Positions 19,398-28,696 of a DNA stretch of 64,000 nt are shown here, in pieces; within the stretch, counting starts at the first letter, position 1; every line of letters begins with the position of its first letter. The notes under the pieces are model-generated. The model searched no databases. It saw only the letters and a list, made by a program, of their open reading frames with translations, and was not told the origin of the DNA. Made by a program: the position numbers and the translations under genes. Where the stretch lies: positions 124,001-188,000 of IMG/VR virus record IMGVR_UViG_3300028045_000001. One strand, given 5' to 3'.

Positions 19398-20507
19398 ATG
19401 AAAATATTACACATTAGTGACATACATATGGGACATCCCAGGGTCCATGCGTCCATCACTTACAATAGCTTAAGGACGCATGTGTACCCATTGTTGAGTG
19501 ATGTCGATGTTTTAATTATAGGAGGGGATACTGCGGACAGGGGATTGGCATTGGATTCCTCTCCTAGTAGGATCATAGTGCAATTTTTAATGGACTTGTG
19601 CGATCTAATTAAAAAATACAACTTCCTTCTTAGGATCGTACGGGGCACGTGGAGCCATGATCGCGACTCCGTAAGAATTATAAATACTATAGCTAAGTCT
19701 AAGCGAGTTTCCAATAAGGTTAAATACTTTGACACTATTGAAATAGAATATATAAAAAAATTCAATAGATCCTTTATGTATGTCCCAGACGATGTGCCAT
19801 TTGATGATCTTGAACATAGGATTATAAACAAAATAAAAGATACTAAGACAGGTAAAGTAGATGTGATGGTGTTCCATGGCGCGATGAAGCATGCGTTGCC
19901 ATATATGCCAAAAGTGCCAGTCAATACAGTTAATGCAGACAATTGGAATGGCTATATAAATGAGGTGTGCTGCTGTGGCCATATACATCAAAGAAGTGTT
20001 TATAAAAATAAATTTATTTTTTCAGGATCGTTTGATCGATCGTGTCACGGAGATGAGGGGGCCAAAGGTTGCTTTCTAATAGACTTAAAGGACGATGGTA
20101 CTCGTAGAATAAAATTTATAGAGAACCCAAGCGCTGTTATTTTTAAGACACTTGACTTTAACAATATAAGTATGTCCGATGGTATCGATCTTATAGCAGA
20201 AACAATAGCCAAATGTAGCGAAGATAGATTGGATGTCGATATCCCCACGTATATCCGCATTCTTGTTAACGACATGATCACAAAAGCGGCCCTGTTGGGT
20301 CATACATCAAAGGCGTATGGAACGGTCAAAAATATCAAGATATCGTATAAGTCCGACAATGCCGATATAGTGGTCGATGTAGAGGAAGATGAAGAGGAAT
20401 CTGTATTTATCGTGACCCCTGATAACCTACCTCAAATAATAGCGGAACGTATCAATCAAAAACTATCTGTAGAAAGGATATCTGAAATATTGGATTGTAG
20501 TGGTTGA
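19398..20507 (+). CDS. sbcD: SbcD/Mre11-like metallophosphoesterase nuclease (phiKZ gp65-like)
   Basis: ISDIHMG, IGGDTAD, VRGTWSHD, FHG, CGHIHQ, SGSFDR motifs. Confidence 0.9.
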   Translation: MKILHISDIHMGHPRVHASITYNSLRTHVYPLLSDVDVLIIGGDTADRGLALDSSPSRIIVQFLMDLCDLIKKYNFLLRIVRGTWSHDRDSVRIINTIAKSKRVSNKVKYFDTIEIEYIKKFNRSFMYVPDDVPFDDLEHRIINKIKDTKTGKVDVMVFHGAMKHALPYMPKVPVNTVNADNWNGYINEVCCCGHIHQRSVYKNKFIFSGSFDRSCHGDEGAKGCFLIDLKDDGTRRIKFIENPSAVIFKTLDFNNISMSDGIDLIAETIAKCSEDRLDVDIPTYIRILVNDMITKAALLGHTSKAYGTVKNIKISYKSDNADIVVDVEEDEEESVFIVTPDNLPQIIAERINQKLSVERISEILDCSG

Positions 20508-20583
20508 TGTAAGAGCGAGTTCACATGGATAGGTGGGAGACCACCTATCCATGTGTAAGTTGGCCTAAGTCTATATATCGTGG

Positions 20584-20686
20584 TTCAATTAGTTTCACTT
20601 ATATATTACTATAACGAATAGGATAAGTTATATCGCCTGATTCATCGAAGTAGGTGCGACATTGGCTTGGCTTCAGTCGGCAAGAG
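20584..20686 (+). repeat. early promoter plus conserved 5' leader, copy 1 of 3
   Basis: 20592-20657 is identical over 66 nt to 47608-47673; near-identical core at 46956-47028. Confidence 0.9.
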
Positions 20687-20726
20687 CAGAAGTATTTTTA
20701 AAACATTTAAAATAAGAGGTGCACTC

Positions 20727-21041
20727 ATGAAAACTTTCTTTTTAGGACTTTGGAATGTCGTTAAAGGGTTTATTTTTGGTGTTGTACTGGCCATCCCAGT
20801 TGCAGTTGCCGTGTATGTTATACTCCACTATAGCTTAGTGTGGAAGATAACTGCTGCTGTTCTATGTGGGCTTTATATATTCGTTGGTTCACGTATATAT
20901 TATTCTGTACATGCTCCAAATGAAGATGTGAGTAAATTAAAATCGCATTTAGACACTTTGAGCAAAGGAATGAATAGAGTAGAAGATTTGTTGGCCAAAG
21001 GTAAATCTGACCTAGATAAGTTTAGATCCGCTAACGCTTAA
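20727..21041 (+). CDS. small membrane protein, paralog of 47749..48075
   Basis: AAGAGG RBS; MKTFFLGL...P.A.A.Y...WKITAAVL...Y matches MKNFFKGL...P...A.Y...WKIVAAVL...Y. Confidence 0.75.
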   Translation: MKTFFLGLWNVVKGFIFGVVLAIPVAVAVYVILHYSLVWKITAAVLCGLYIFVGSRIYYSVHAPNEDVSKLKSHLDTLSKGMNRVEDLLAKGKSDLDKFRSANA

Positions 21042-21189
21042 TGAAATTAAAAAGTGAGGGTTTGAATATATGGCAATTTCGCCAAAGTAACATATAAAGC
21101 TACGTAGCTATATAATAACTTTTATTAGATCGCTCGGGCAATCACCCGAGCGATCATTTTAATAATAAGGATATCAAAAGATAGTTAAA

Positions 21190-23250
21190 CTATCTCCCTT
21201 TATATGCGAGGACAGACACCCTGCGGAATCCTTGAGCAATGAAGATATTGGAGTCACTATCTATGCACATTTTAATTTTTGTATATTCTGAGTCAGTGGT
21301 AGTAATAATATGATGACTCCCAGGAACAAGCTGCCATCCATTTGTTGGATTATACTTCCAAGTACGATGTTGTACACGATGTCCTGGATATTCAAACATT
21401 TGAGTATTGAGATAATGCTTTCCATCTGCCCCAGTCACATATTGGACCTTGTCATAGTTCATATTTAACACAGAATCTATATTGTTCATAAGGGGGGATA
21501 TAAGCCCAGCTGAATCTAGGAATACTAATTTATTAGTGGTAGCTTCATAATCATAAAAAACAACATACCTTGCTGAAGCAGGTTCATTGACAAAGAAGTT
21601 TGCAACATTTCCGGAGGGGCACACTGTTTCTACTTTATGCCAAGCTGCACTATAGAAGCTATACGTATATCCATGGAAGGAGTGCACATCTATCAGAGGT
21701 GATTGCAAGGGCGCAGCTCCAGTATGAATTCCGTGCTCATCCACAACAATTTTTGTTGTATTTATTTGGGGACCATTGTTGACTATGCGGCTATCGGTCC
21801 AAGTGGTTTCGGATTTAGCTTTACTATAGACCACATGAGGTGAATAAGTGTATACATACGTTGTGGGATCCTCACTATCTACAATGTAGAAGTCGGAATT
21901 ATAAAGAGCGAAATTTTTAAAATCAAGGCGTTCAAATAATTCAAACGTCCTTGAGGATTTTATATACTTATAAATTCGGTTTTCACTGGAGCCATTGTTC
22001 ATGTATTCGCCACAAAAAATATAGATTTCGTTGTTTACAGCCTTTGCTTTAAACTGATGCCCTCTGCCCCCTAGTGCAAGTTCGTTAGCTTCGTCCACAG
22101 CATATTCCCAAGTTGTTCCGTTAAAAACTTTAAGCATGAGCTTTCCATTGTCTCTCATCTGCATAAAGTATGGAGCATCATCTTTGAGCACGAACTCCAT
22201 GTAGTTGAGTGCCAGATCTTTATCACTAATGTTTGTTCCGATAGTACTCCAAGATTTTTCTGAGATTGTATCTTGGACAACTTGATATTGAAATGATGTC
22301 CCTCCTTCGCGCTCTCCCTCCCCAATGGATACAATGCAATCTACGTTATAATCTCCAACTGTAGAAGTGTCCAGCTCAAACACCTCCCCATTTCCAGAAT
22401 GTACGCCGTTGACATACCAATTGACTATAGGGTCGGTTAACTGGTGGATGTCAGTTACATTTATTTCTGCAACCTCACCGACATTAAAAACAGTCTTGTC
22501 TGTATTTAAGGAGAACACTACCTCATCGTTGAAATCCTCATTAAGTACAATGGTAAAATTTCCTGAATTAACACCGGACCCATCATACTCAATAGTGGCG
22601 CTGGATGATAGGTTGCTGGCGATCCTCAATGATTTAGTGAACCCGTACTGGTTATTTTTAAGAGTGGTTATTGTAGCATTGACTCTATAGAATCCGGGAG
22701 ACAATGTCGTATACACCAGGATCCTTCCTTGATCACTATCTACCTGAGGCACTATAGGTACTTCTTTTTGTGCACGGTCAAATAGCTTTATATCCACGAC
22801 CGCATCAGGAAAGTTGGCAGTATTCCAAATAAAGACTAGGTTAAACCTACCTAATCCATCACTTTGCACAATAGTGATTGAGGTACTATTTGTTACACCA
22901 ACATCAACAGTCACGTCCGCCTCGCCTGCTCCAATGATACTCCCATATGTATTTTTAGCAAAGACTTTAACATTATACACGCCGACTGAATAATTTGATG
23001 CTGTGTATGTATCAGTGGCTGAGATTAACACTTCCTCCTCTACGCCATCCGGATCAGTAATTTTTAACTGATATTTATGCGTCACAATTGGTTCATTTGG
23101 AACGATTGTTTTACTCAGAACCTTTGGTTCATCGAAACTCAGCACAAACGAACCAGTGTCTTCCTTTGTACCCGAGTCACTGTTAGATGAGCATCCAATG
23201 CAACCAAGCATAAGAAATAGAACAAACAACATTGCGATAAATTTTTTCAC
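21190..23250 (-). CDS. predicted lipoprotein with Ig/PKD-like domains and C-terminal beta-rich (propeller-like) region
   Basis: GAGGAG RBS before GTG at 23250; MKKFIAMLFVLFLMLGCIGC signal peptide with lipobox-like Cys followed by Ser-rich linker; VNWYVNG...GDYNVDCIV Ig-like strands. Confidence 0.7.
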   Translation of the reverse strand: MKKFIAMLFVLFLMLGCIGCSSNSDSGTKEDTGSFVLSFDEPKVLSKTIVPNEPIVTHKYQLKITDPDGVEEEVLISATDTYTASNYSVGVYNVKVFAKNTYGSIIGAGEADVTVDVGVTNSTSITIVQSDGLGRFNLVFIWNTANFPDAVVDIKLFDRAQKEVPIVPQVDSDQGRILVYTTLSPGFYRVNATITTLKNNQYGFTKSLRIASNLSSSATIEYDGSGVNSGNFTIVLNEDFNDEVVFSLNTDKTVFNVGEVAEINVTDIHQLTDPIVNWYVNGVHSGNGEVFELDTSTVGDYNVDCIVSIGEGEREGGTSFQYQVVQDTISEKSWSTIGTNISDKDLALNYMEFVLKDDAPYFMQMRDNGKLMLKVFNGTTWEYAVDEANELALGGRGHQFKAKAVNNEIYIFCGEYMNNGSSENRIYKYIKSSRTFELFERLDFKNFALYNSDFYIVDSEDPTTYVYTYSPHVVYSKAKSETTWTDSRIVNNGPQINTTKIVVDEHGIHTGAAPLQSPLIDVHSFHGYTYSFYSAAWHKVETVCPSGNVANFFVNEPASARYVVFYDYEATTNKLVFLDSAGLISPLMNNIDSVLNMNYDKVQYVTGADGKHYLNTQMFEYPGHRVQHRTWKYNPTNGWQLVPGSHHIITTTDSEYTKIKMCIDSDSNIFIAQGFRRVSVLAYKGR

Positions 23251-23467
23251 GTTACACTCCTCAATTAAAAAAGTTTTTGTTACGCCAACCAGACAGTGTC
23301 CCATACACATAAGCGGCCAGCCAATTAAAATATGATTTATAATATGGTTAAATGTATCAATTGTTTTTTTGTCTATCAGCACAATTTGTTTATATATAAC
23401 TGTATAGAATAGGAGAATCTCTACAATAAAAACAAACTATATAATTGTGAATAATATGGGGGCAGAG

Positions 23468-23623
23468 ATGGGAGAACTGATAGAAAAAATAAAAGGTAAA
23501 CTCAAAGTAGTTGCCATTGCAATCTACATTGAAGGTATGCCAAAGGATACATTGGTACAAAGGATCAAAATCTACTTTGTTTCTAAGTATCTTAAATGGA
23601 TCAAATGGAAGTTAAATAGATAA
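23468..23623 (+). CDS. small basic hypothetical protein (51 aa)
   Basis: GGGGCAGAG upstream; MGELIEKIKGKLKVVAIAIY...; followed by hairpin. Confidence 0.45.
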   Translation: MGELIEKIKGKLKVVAIAIYIEGMPKDTLVQRIKIYFVSKYLKWIKWKLNR

Positions 23624-23772
23624 ATTCGCAAGTAGACTAATGTAGTCTACTTGCGACGTGAAGATCCATTGTATTTTTTTTAATCCAAGTGGTTCCCTAC
23701 CGTCAATGACTTTTTATTTATATATAGCTATAATGATACATACCATTAACCATAAAAGACGTGGAGGTAATC

Positions 23773-24198
23773 ATGAGCAAGTTAAATAACATTCGGTATT
23801 TTGAAGATCTTATGGACATCAAGGTCGGAAAGAAGACACTCCGAGATTATAAAAATAAACTAACGCTAATTGACTCAGTGCCTATGGCTATAGCTGGTTT
23901 GAAATTAAATACTATTGTTGATGTAATTGTGGGAGAGTACACTCTATGGGACACCATAGTCAAAGAGTATCCGGATAATATCGGATGGTGCTCTCCAAGT
24001 ATACCAAGTGTAGTATTAGGAAATGTGAGATTAGTATACCACACTGTCGATACACCAATCGGCCATACCCGCGAAACCGAGGAAATTGATGGGATGCAAG
24101 TGTGGACATTGGAGAGTACATTAAAGTGGAAGATTTTTATGGGGCGGGAAGAGGATAGAGAGGATATAGACAGACTAAAAGTATACCTTAATGTATGA
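23773..24198 (+). CDS. hypothetical protein
   Basis: GGAGG RBS before ATG 23773; promoter variant TCAAT-N13-TATATAGC at 23703-23728. Confidence 0.65.
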   Translation: MSKLNNIRYFEDLMDIKVGKKTLRDYKNKLTLIDSVPMAIAGLKLNTIVDVIVGEYTLWDTIVKEYPDNIGWCSPSIPSVVLGNVRLVYHTVDTPIGHTRETEEIDGMQVWTLESTLKWKIFMGREEDREDIDRLKVYLNV

Positions 24199-24317
24199 AA
24201 TCAATATAACCCCTTTATCTGTTTTACAGTGCACATCAATTCTTTTTATTTATATATTACTATTATGAACTTAATACAATCTTTTCAATGTAACACAAAC
24301 CATAGGAGTAAAAAAAA

Positions 24318-24623
24318 ATGAAAATAACACTACCGTTCGATTCCAAGGGTTCCCACTTTAATGCCGTGGACTTACTTGATCATTTTAAAACAGAGGATAT
24401 AGATGAGATGATCATTGGACAACAGCATACTCGATTGGCCCTGCATACGAAACAGTATTCCCTGGATTATTTATTACGTACAAAAGTTGCTACTAGAAAG
24501 GGTACGGCCCAAGCTACATCGCATGTAGTAAGGCAACTTATTGAGACCAACTTGTTTTATAAAAAAAGGATCTTCGACAGTAACACTAATCACATGTGCG
24601 CAGCCGTCTGTGTTAAAAAATAA
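24318..24623 (+). CDS. hypothetical protein
   Basis: AGGAG RBS; early promoter TATATTAC at 24253. Confidence 0.7.
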   Translation: MKITLPFDSKGSHFNAVDLLDHFKTEDIDEMIIGQQHTRLALHTKQYSLDYLLRTKVATRKGTAQATSHVVRQLIETNLFYKKRIFDSNTNHMCAAVCVKK

Positions 24624-24998
24624 AACTGTAAGGTACTTTCACGATGTCTTTCGATCTCACTTAGTTATATATAACTATTATGAATACAAAACAATAGTTT
24701 TGAGTTCAACGGCAATGGGTCGGTAAACCATTGTACTTATTGTTGTGCTACGTTATTACAATGCATATCGTGGCGAATACTGTTATACAAATCAATCTAA
24801 GAATAAACTCGTGTTGGCTCCCGCTGATCCTAAGGATACAGAGCAATCCGAAATTGTAGTTAAATTGATTTTTCAAGTTATCACGAAAACAGAGAAAGGA
24901 ACATTACCGGCATTTATGGATCCTTTAAACTGGAACAGGAGATAGCGAGATGAGATACTGACGTAGAATAAAGGAACATCAGTGATGCCCAGGGTACA

Positions 24999-25034
24999 TG
25001 TGTCAAGGGAGACTCCGGAGTCTCCCTTGACACA
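24999..25034. terminator. perfect 36-bp palindrome, probable terminator
   Basis: TGTGTCAAGGGAGACTCC|GGAGTCTCCCTTGACACA directly before the next early promoter (25057). Confidence 0.7.
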
Positions 25035-25127
25035 AACTTCATTATTTTTTTATTTATATATTACTATTATGATGTAACACTTGACTTTTTAAGATCAGAG
25101 GGCGACTTAATTAAAAGGAGAAGTATC

Positions 25128-27377
25128 ATGAAAAAAGAAACTTCCCACTTTGTAACAAAGTGGGCAGGTAAACAGATCAAACTACCATTAGATCCAGATG
25201 GAGTGTATGACTTCACAGTAGATTGGGGAGATGGCGCGATTGACCAGATAGCTGTACACGATCAAAGTGAAACGATGCACACTTACAAAGACAAACAAAA
25301 GTCCCATACCGTAACTATATCTGGCACCATAGAAGGGTTTGGATTTTACAAGGATCTCGAAGCAATTAACGGAGGATTGCTCGATGTACTTCAATGGGGA
25401 AATGTTAAGTTACATAACAAGGGGTATCAGTTTGCAGAGTGTAAGAAATTAAAGGGGTTTAGTGCCAAAGATGTTCTATATTTATCTAACGTAACTCATA
25501 TGGGGTGTATGTTCTATGAAGCCATATCCTTCAATCAGGACTTATCCAATTGGGATGTAAGTAGTGTTATTGATATGAACGGCATGTTCTGCGGAGCTAT
25601 GTCATTCAATCAGGACATCTCCACATGGGATGTGAGTAATGTTACCCGTATGTATGGCGTGTTCTTTAAGGCCACTTCTTTCAACCAAGACCTATCCAAG
25701 TGGGATGTTAGTAGTGTTATTAATATGGATGGCATGTTCAGTAAGGCTACATCCTTCAACCAAAGCATATCCACATGGGATGTGAGTAATGTTACCCGTA
25801 TGTATGGCATGTTCTCCGAGGCCGCATCTTTTAATCAGGACATATCCAAATGGGATGTGGGTAGTGTTACTGATATGCACGATATGTTTCTCAAAGCTTC
25901 ATCCTTCAATCAAGACATTTCCACATGGGATGTGAGTAATGTTACCAATATGGGCGCTATGCTCTCTACCGCTACTTCCTTCGACCAGGACATATCTAAC
26001 TGGGACGTAAGTAATGTAACTGATATGGAGCTGATGTTGGCGGGAGCTACATCCTTCAATCAAGACATTTCCACATGGGATGTGAGTAATGTTACTAATA
26101 TGAGCTATATGTTCGCTAACGCTTCATCCTTCAACCAAGATATCTCCACATGGGATGTGGGTAAGGTTGGTAACATGAAACAGATGTTCTCGGGAGCTTT
26201 GGTATTTAATAAGAATATCTCAGACTGGAATATCGGCAACGTCACTGATATGGAAGGCATGTTCAATAAAGCTTCTTCTTTCAACCAAGATATCTCCAAC
26301 TGGGATGTGGGTAAGGTTGGTAACATGAAACGTATGTTCTCTGAAGCCAAAGCTTTTAATCGAAATATCTCAGACTGGAATACCGGCAATGTTGAAGATA
26401 TGGCAGGTATGTTCTGGAGAGCCTTAGCTTTTAACCAAGGCATACCTAACTGGGATGTAAGTAGTGTTACCGATATGGAGCAGATGTTTGCAGGTGCTTC
26501 ATCCTTCAATCAAGATATATCAAAGTGGGATGTCCGTAGTGTTATTAATATAGATGAGATGTTCCAGGAAGCTACCTGTTTCAACCAAGACATATCCAAA
26601 TGGGATGTTAGTAGTGTTACTGGTATGGAGCATATGTTCTATAATGCCGCATCATTCAACCAAGATATATCCAACTGGGACGTTAGTAATGTTACTACTA
26701 TGGCTGGCATGTTTACAGGTGCTTCATCCTTCAACCAAGATATATCTAAATGGGATGTGAGTAGTGTTACTAATATGAGGCTTATGTTCGGCGAGGCTAC
26801 ATCCTTCAACCAAGACTTATCTAATTGGGACGTTAGCAGTGTCACCGATACAGCTGGGATGTTTCTCAAAGCTTCCTCCTTCAACCAAGATATATCTAAA
26901 TGGGATGTGGGTAGTGTTACTAATATGGAACAGATGTTCTGTTACGCCATAGTCTTCAATCAAGACATATCCAACTGGGATGTGAGTAATGTTGCAAATA
27001 TGATGCATATGTTCACACATGCCATGTTCTTCAACCAAGATATATCCAAATGGGATGTAAGCAGTGTTACTAATATGAGAGGTGTGTTCATTGGTACTTT
27101 GTTCTTCGATCAAGATATCTCTAAATGGGATGTAAGCAGTGTTACTGATATGCAGGGTACGTTCTGGGAAGCTACATCGTTTAACCAAGATATATCCACA
27201 TGGGACGTAAGTAATGTAACTGATATGAAGAATATGTTCGCTAAAGCCACATCCTTCAATCAAGACTTATCTAACTGGAATGTCGACAGTGTTACTAATA
27301 TGAAGAGTATGTTCGCTGGAGCCACATCCTTCGATCAAGACATATCCAAATGGGACATCAGTAATGACGATCGATAA
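25128..27377 (+). CDS. DUF285/BspA-type repeat protein, 25 x 25-aa repeats
   Basis: N-terminal FVTKW..KLPL....YDFTVDWGDG domain, then FNQDISxWDVSxVTxMxxMFxxAxS repeats; AAGGAG RBS; early promoter at 25057; no signal peptide. Confidence 0.9.
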   Translation: MKKETSHFVTKWAGKQIKLPLDPDGVYDFTVDWGDGAIDQIAVHDQSETMHTYKDKQKSHTVTISGTIEGFGFYKDLEAINGGLLDVLQWGNVKLHNKGYQFAECKKLKGFSAKDVLYLSNVTHMGCMFYEAISFNQDLSNWDVSSVIDMNGMFCGAMSFNQDISTWDVSNVTRMYGVFFKATSFNQDLSKWDVSSVINMDGMFSKATSFNQSISTWDVSNVTRMYGMFSEAASFNQDISKWDVGSVTDMHDMFLKASSFNQDISTWDVSNVTNMGAMLSTATSFDQDISNWDVSNVTDMELMLAGATSFNQDISTWDVSNVTNMSYMFANASSFNQDISTWDVGKVGNMKQMFSGALVFNKNISDWNIGNVTDMEGMFNKASSFNQDISNWDVGKVGNMKRMFSEAKAFNRNISDWNTGNVEDMAGMFWRALAFNQGIPNWDVSSVTDMEQMFAGASSFNQDISKWDVRSVINIDEMFQEATCFNQDISKWDVSSVTGMEHMFYNAASFNQDISNWDVSNVTTMAGMFTGASSFNQDISKWDVSSVTNMRLMFGEATSFNQDLSNWDVSSVTDTAGMFLKASSFNQDISKWDVGSVTNMEQMFCYAIVFNQDISNWDVSNVANMMHMFTHAMFFNQDISKWDVSSVTNMRGVFIGTLFFDQDISKWDVSSVTDMQGTFWEATSFNQDISTWDVSNVTDMKNMFAKATSFNQDLSNWNVDSVTNMKSMFAGATSFDQDISKWDISNDDR
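25490..27362 (+). repeat. 75-bp coding tandem repeat array
   Basis: 25 countable F[ND]xx[IL]xxW units at a 75-nt period. Confidence 0.9.
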
Positions 27378-27459
27378 TTATCACTTATATATTACATACA
27401 TGAGTAGGCACTTGTTATTAATTTAATTGTATTAACTTTTAACTAATGGAGGATTAACC

Positions 27460-27636
27460 ATGGCCGAGTCACAAGAAAAATCAAAAGAACAAAAAACTCT
27501 CATAAGAGGGGCGGAGAGTGTAGTTCCTGTTAATGGAGAAATCAAATTTGATAAGGAGGAGTCTCTTAAAAAGATAGAAAAAACAACTAACGACATGATC
27601 GAATCTTTTAATAAGTACAAACGAGCAGAAAATTAA
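27460..27636 (+). CDS. small hypothetical protein (58 aa)
   Basis: GGAGG RBS; early promoter TCGAT-N12-TATATTAC at 27371-27395. Confidence 0.6.
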   Translation: MAESQEKSKEQKTLIRGAESVVPVNGEIKFDKEESLKKIEKTTNDMIESFNKYKRAEN

Positions 27637-27657
27637 ACTGTCGGAAAGGAATCACTC

Positions 27658-28107
27658 TTGCACCTCAAAATAAACTTCAAAAAAGACAATCGACTACGCA
27701 AACTGATAAAGGATTATGACAAGGAAGAAACTCTAAGTCGATCCACTGAATACAGCGAACTTTACACCACAGGTCTTATAAGAGAAACTTATAAGTACGA
27801 ATGTGGCAACGAAAAGTTCAGTGTTAGGTTGACATCTATCGGCAGTCTTAATGATAGGACCCCAACTGGATTCAAGGCACATCAATGCACTGTTGTGGTA
27901 ACTGATAAATATAACGCCATAAGCAATGATGTTCTTATGACGGCATTGGTCGTCGCCCTTTATGGGTACCAAACAGAAGAACTTAGAGTTGACAATACTG
28001 TCATCGAACACATAACAGATGTGTTTGATTACATTAAGCAAACATTTCGCTCTCTTAGAAAACACAGAGTCGAACTTGAAAGTGGCTTCGTTGTATTCAT
28101 AAGGTAA
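27658..28107 (+). CDS. hypothetical protein
   Basis: TTG start after AAGGA; followed by hairpin near 28138. Confidence 0.55.
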   Translation: MHLKINFKKDNRLRKLIKDYDKEETLSRSTEYSELYTTGLIRETYKYECGNEKFSVRLTSIGSLNDRTPTGFKAHQCTVVVTDKYNAISNDVLMTALVVALYGYQTEELRVDNTVIEHITDVFDYIKQTFRSLRKHRVELESGFVVFIR

Positions 28108-28223
28108 GTTTATGTCGTAAAAGGTCTTACGCATATAGCCACAGTGGGGATCATTCCCCACTGTGGCGTAAGATTACTATAATTTAAAAATGGCTTTCAA
28201 TTTTTTTTTCTTTAGGAGGGGGC

Positions 28224-28568
28224 CTAAGGGAACTTAAAAACAACGACTTTTAATCCATGTGATTTCGCTATATCTATCATGTGAGAAGTTCCCTTGCTTT
28301 CCCCATCCCATAGAGCGATAAGTGCTTCAGCTACTTTAGCCATCTCCACATTTCGTTTGTACCCTGCAGAGTTACCGTACTTGTCCCAATCAGCTGGGTA
28401 CTTTTCAATGGGAACTCTATTTTTAAAAGCCCACTGTTCGCCCAGTCTATCGGCCCCTCTTGCGGTGCCACTTATTACTGTAGTGGGGACCCAAGGAAGT
28501 TGTTGCAGAGCAGCTAATAAATGTTGTGGGTCATCACATGTCCTACTCCCAGCAATTATTGTTCTCAT
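28224..28568 (-). CDS. SLOG superfamily protein (DUF2493/YspA-like)
   Basis: IIAGSR...VISGTARGADRLGEQWA...PADWDKYG.SAG..RN.EM...ALWDGESKGT.HMI signature. Confidence 0.88.
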   Translation of the reverse strand: MRTIIAGSRTCDDPQHLLAALQQLPWVPTTVISGTARGADRLGEQWAFKNRVPIEKYPADWDKYGNSAGYKRNVEMAKVAEALIALWDGESKGTSHMIDIAKSHGLKVVVFKFP

Positions 28569-28696
28569 GTTTCATTCTCCATAGTGTATGTTTATATGAT
28601 GCACCTATTGCTTTTTTTATTTATATATTACTATCATGGTGTAAGAGACACCATTGTCTTAATTTTTAATAACTGAAAATAAAGGGTACAGAAATT

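Noticed and set aside
20620-20660. Hammerhead ribozyme or fluoride riboswitch in the repeated leader
   Set aside because: CCTGATTCATCGAAG lacks the CUGANGA...GAAA core, and the fluoride-riboswitch consensus is not matched.
23320-23365. Sigma70-type promoter for the minus-strand lipoprotein gene
   Set aside because: TTGATA and TATAAA-like hexamers are present, but the spacing is about 13 nt rather than 17.
25490-27362. 75-bp tandem repeats as a CRISPR array
   Set aside because: The repeats are degenerate, in-frame and contiguous within one ORF, with no unique spacers and no cas genes.
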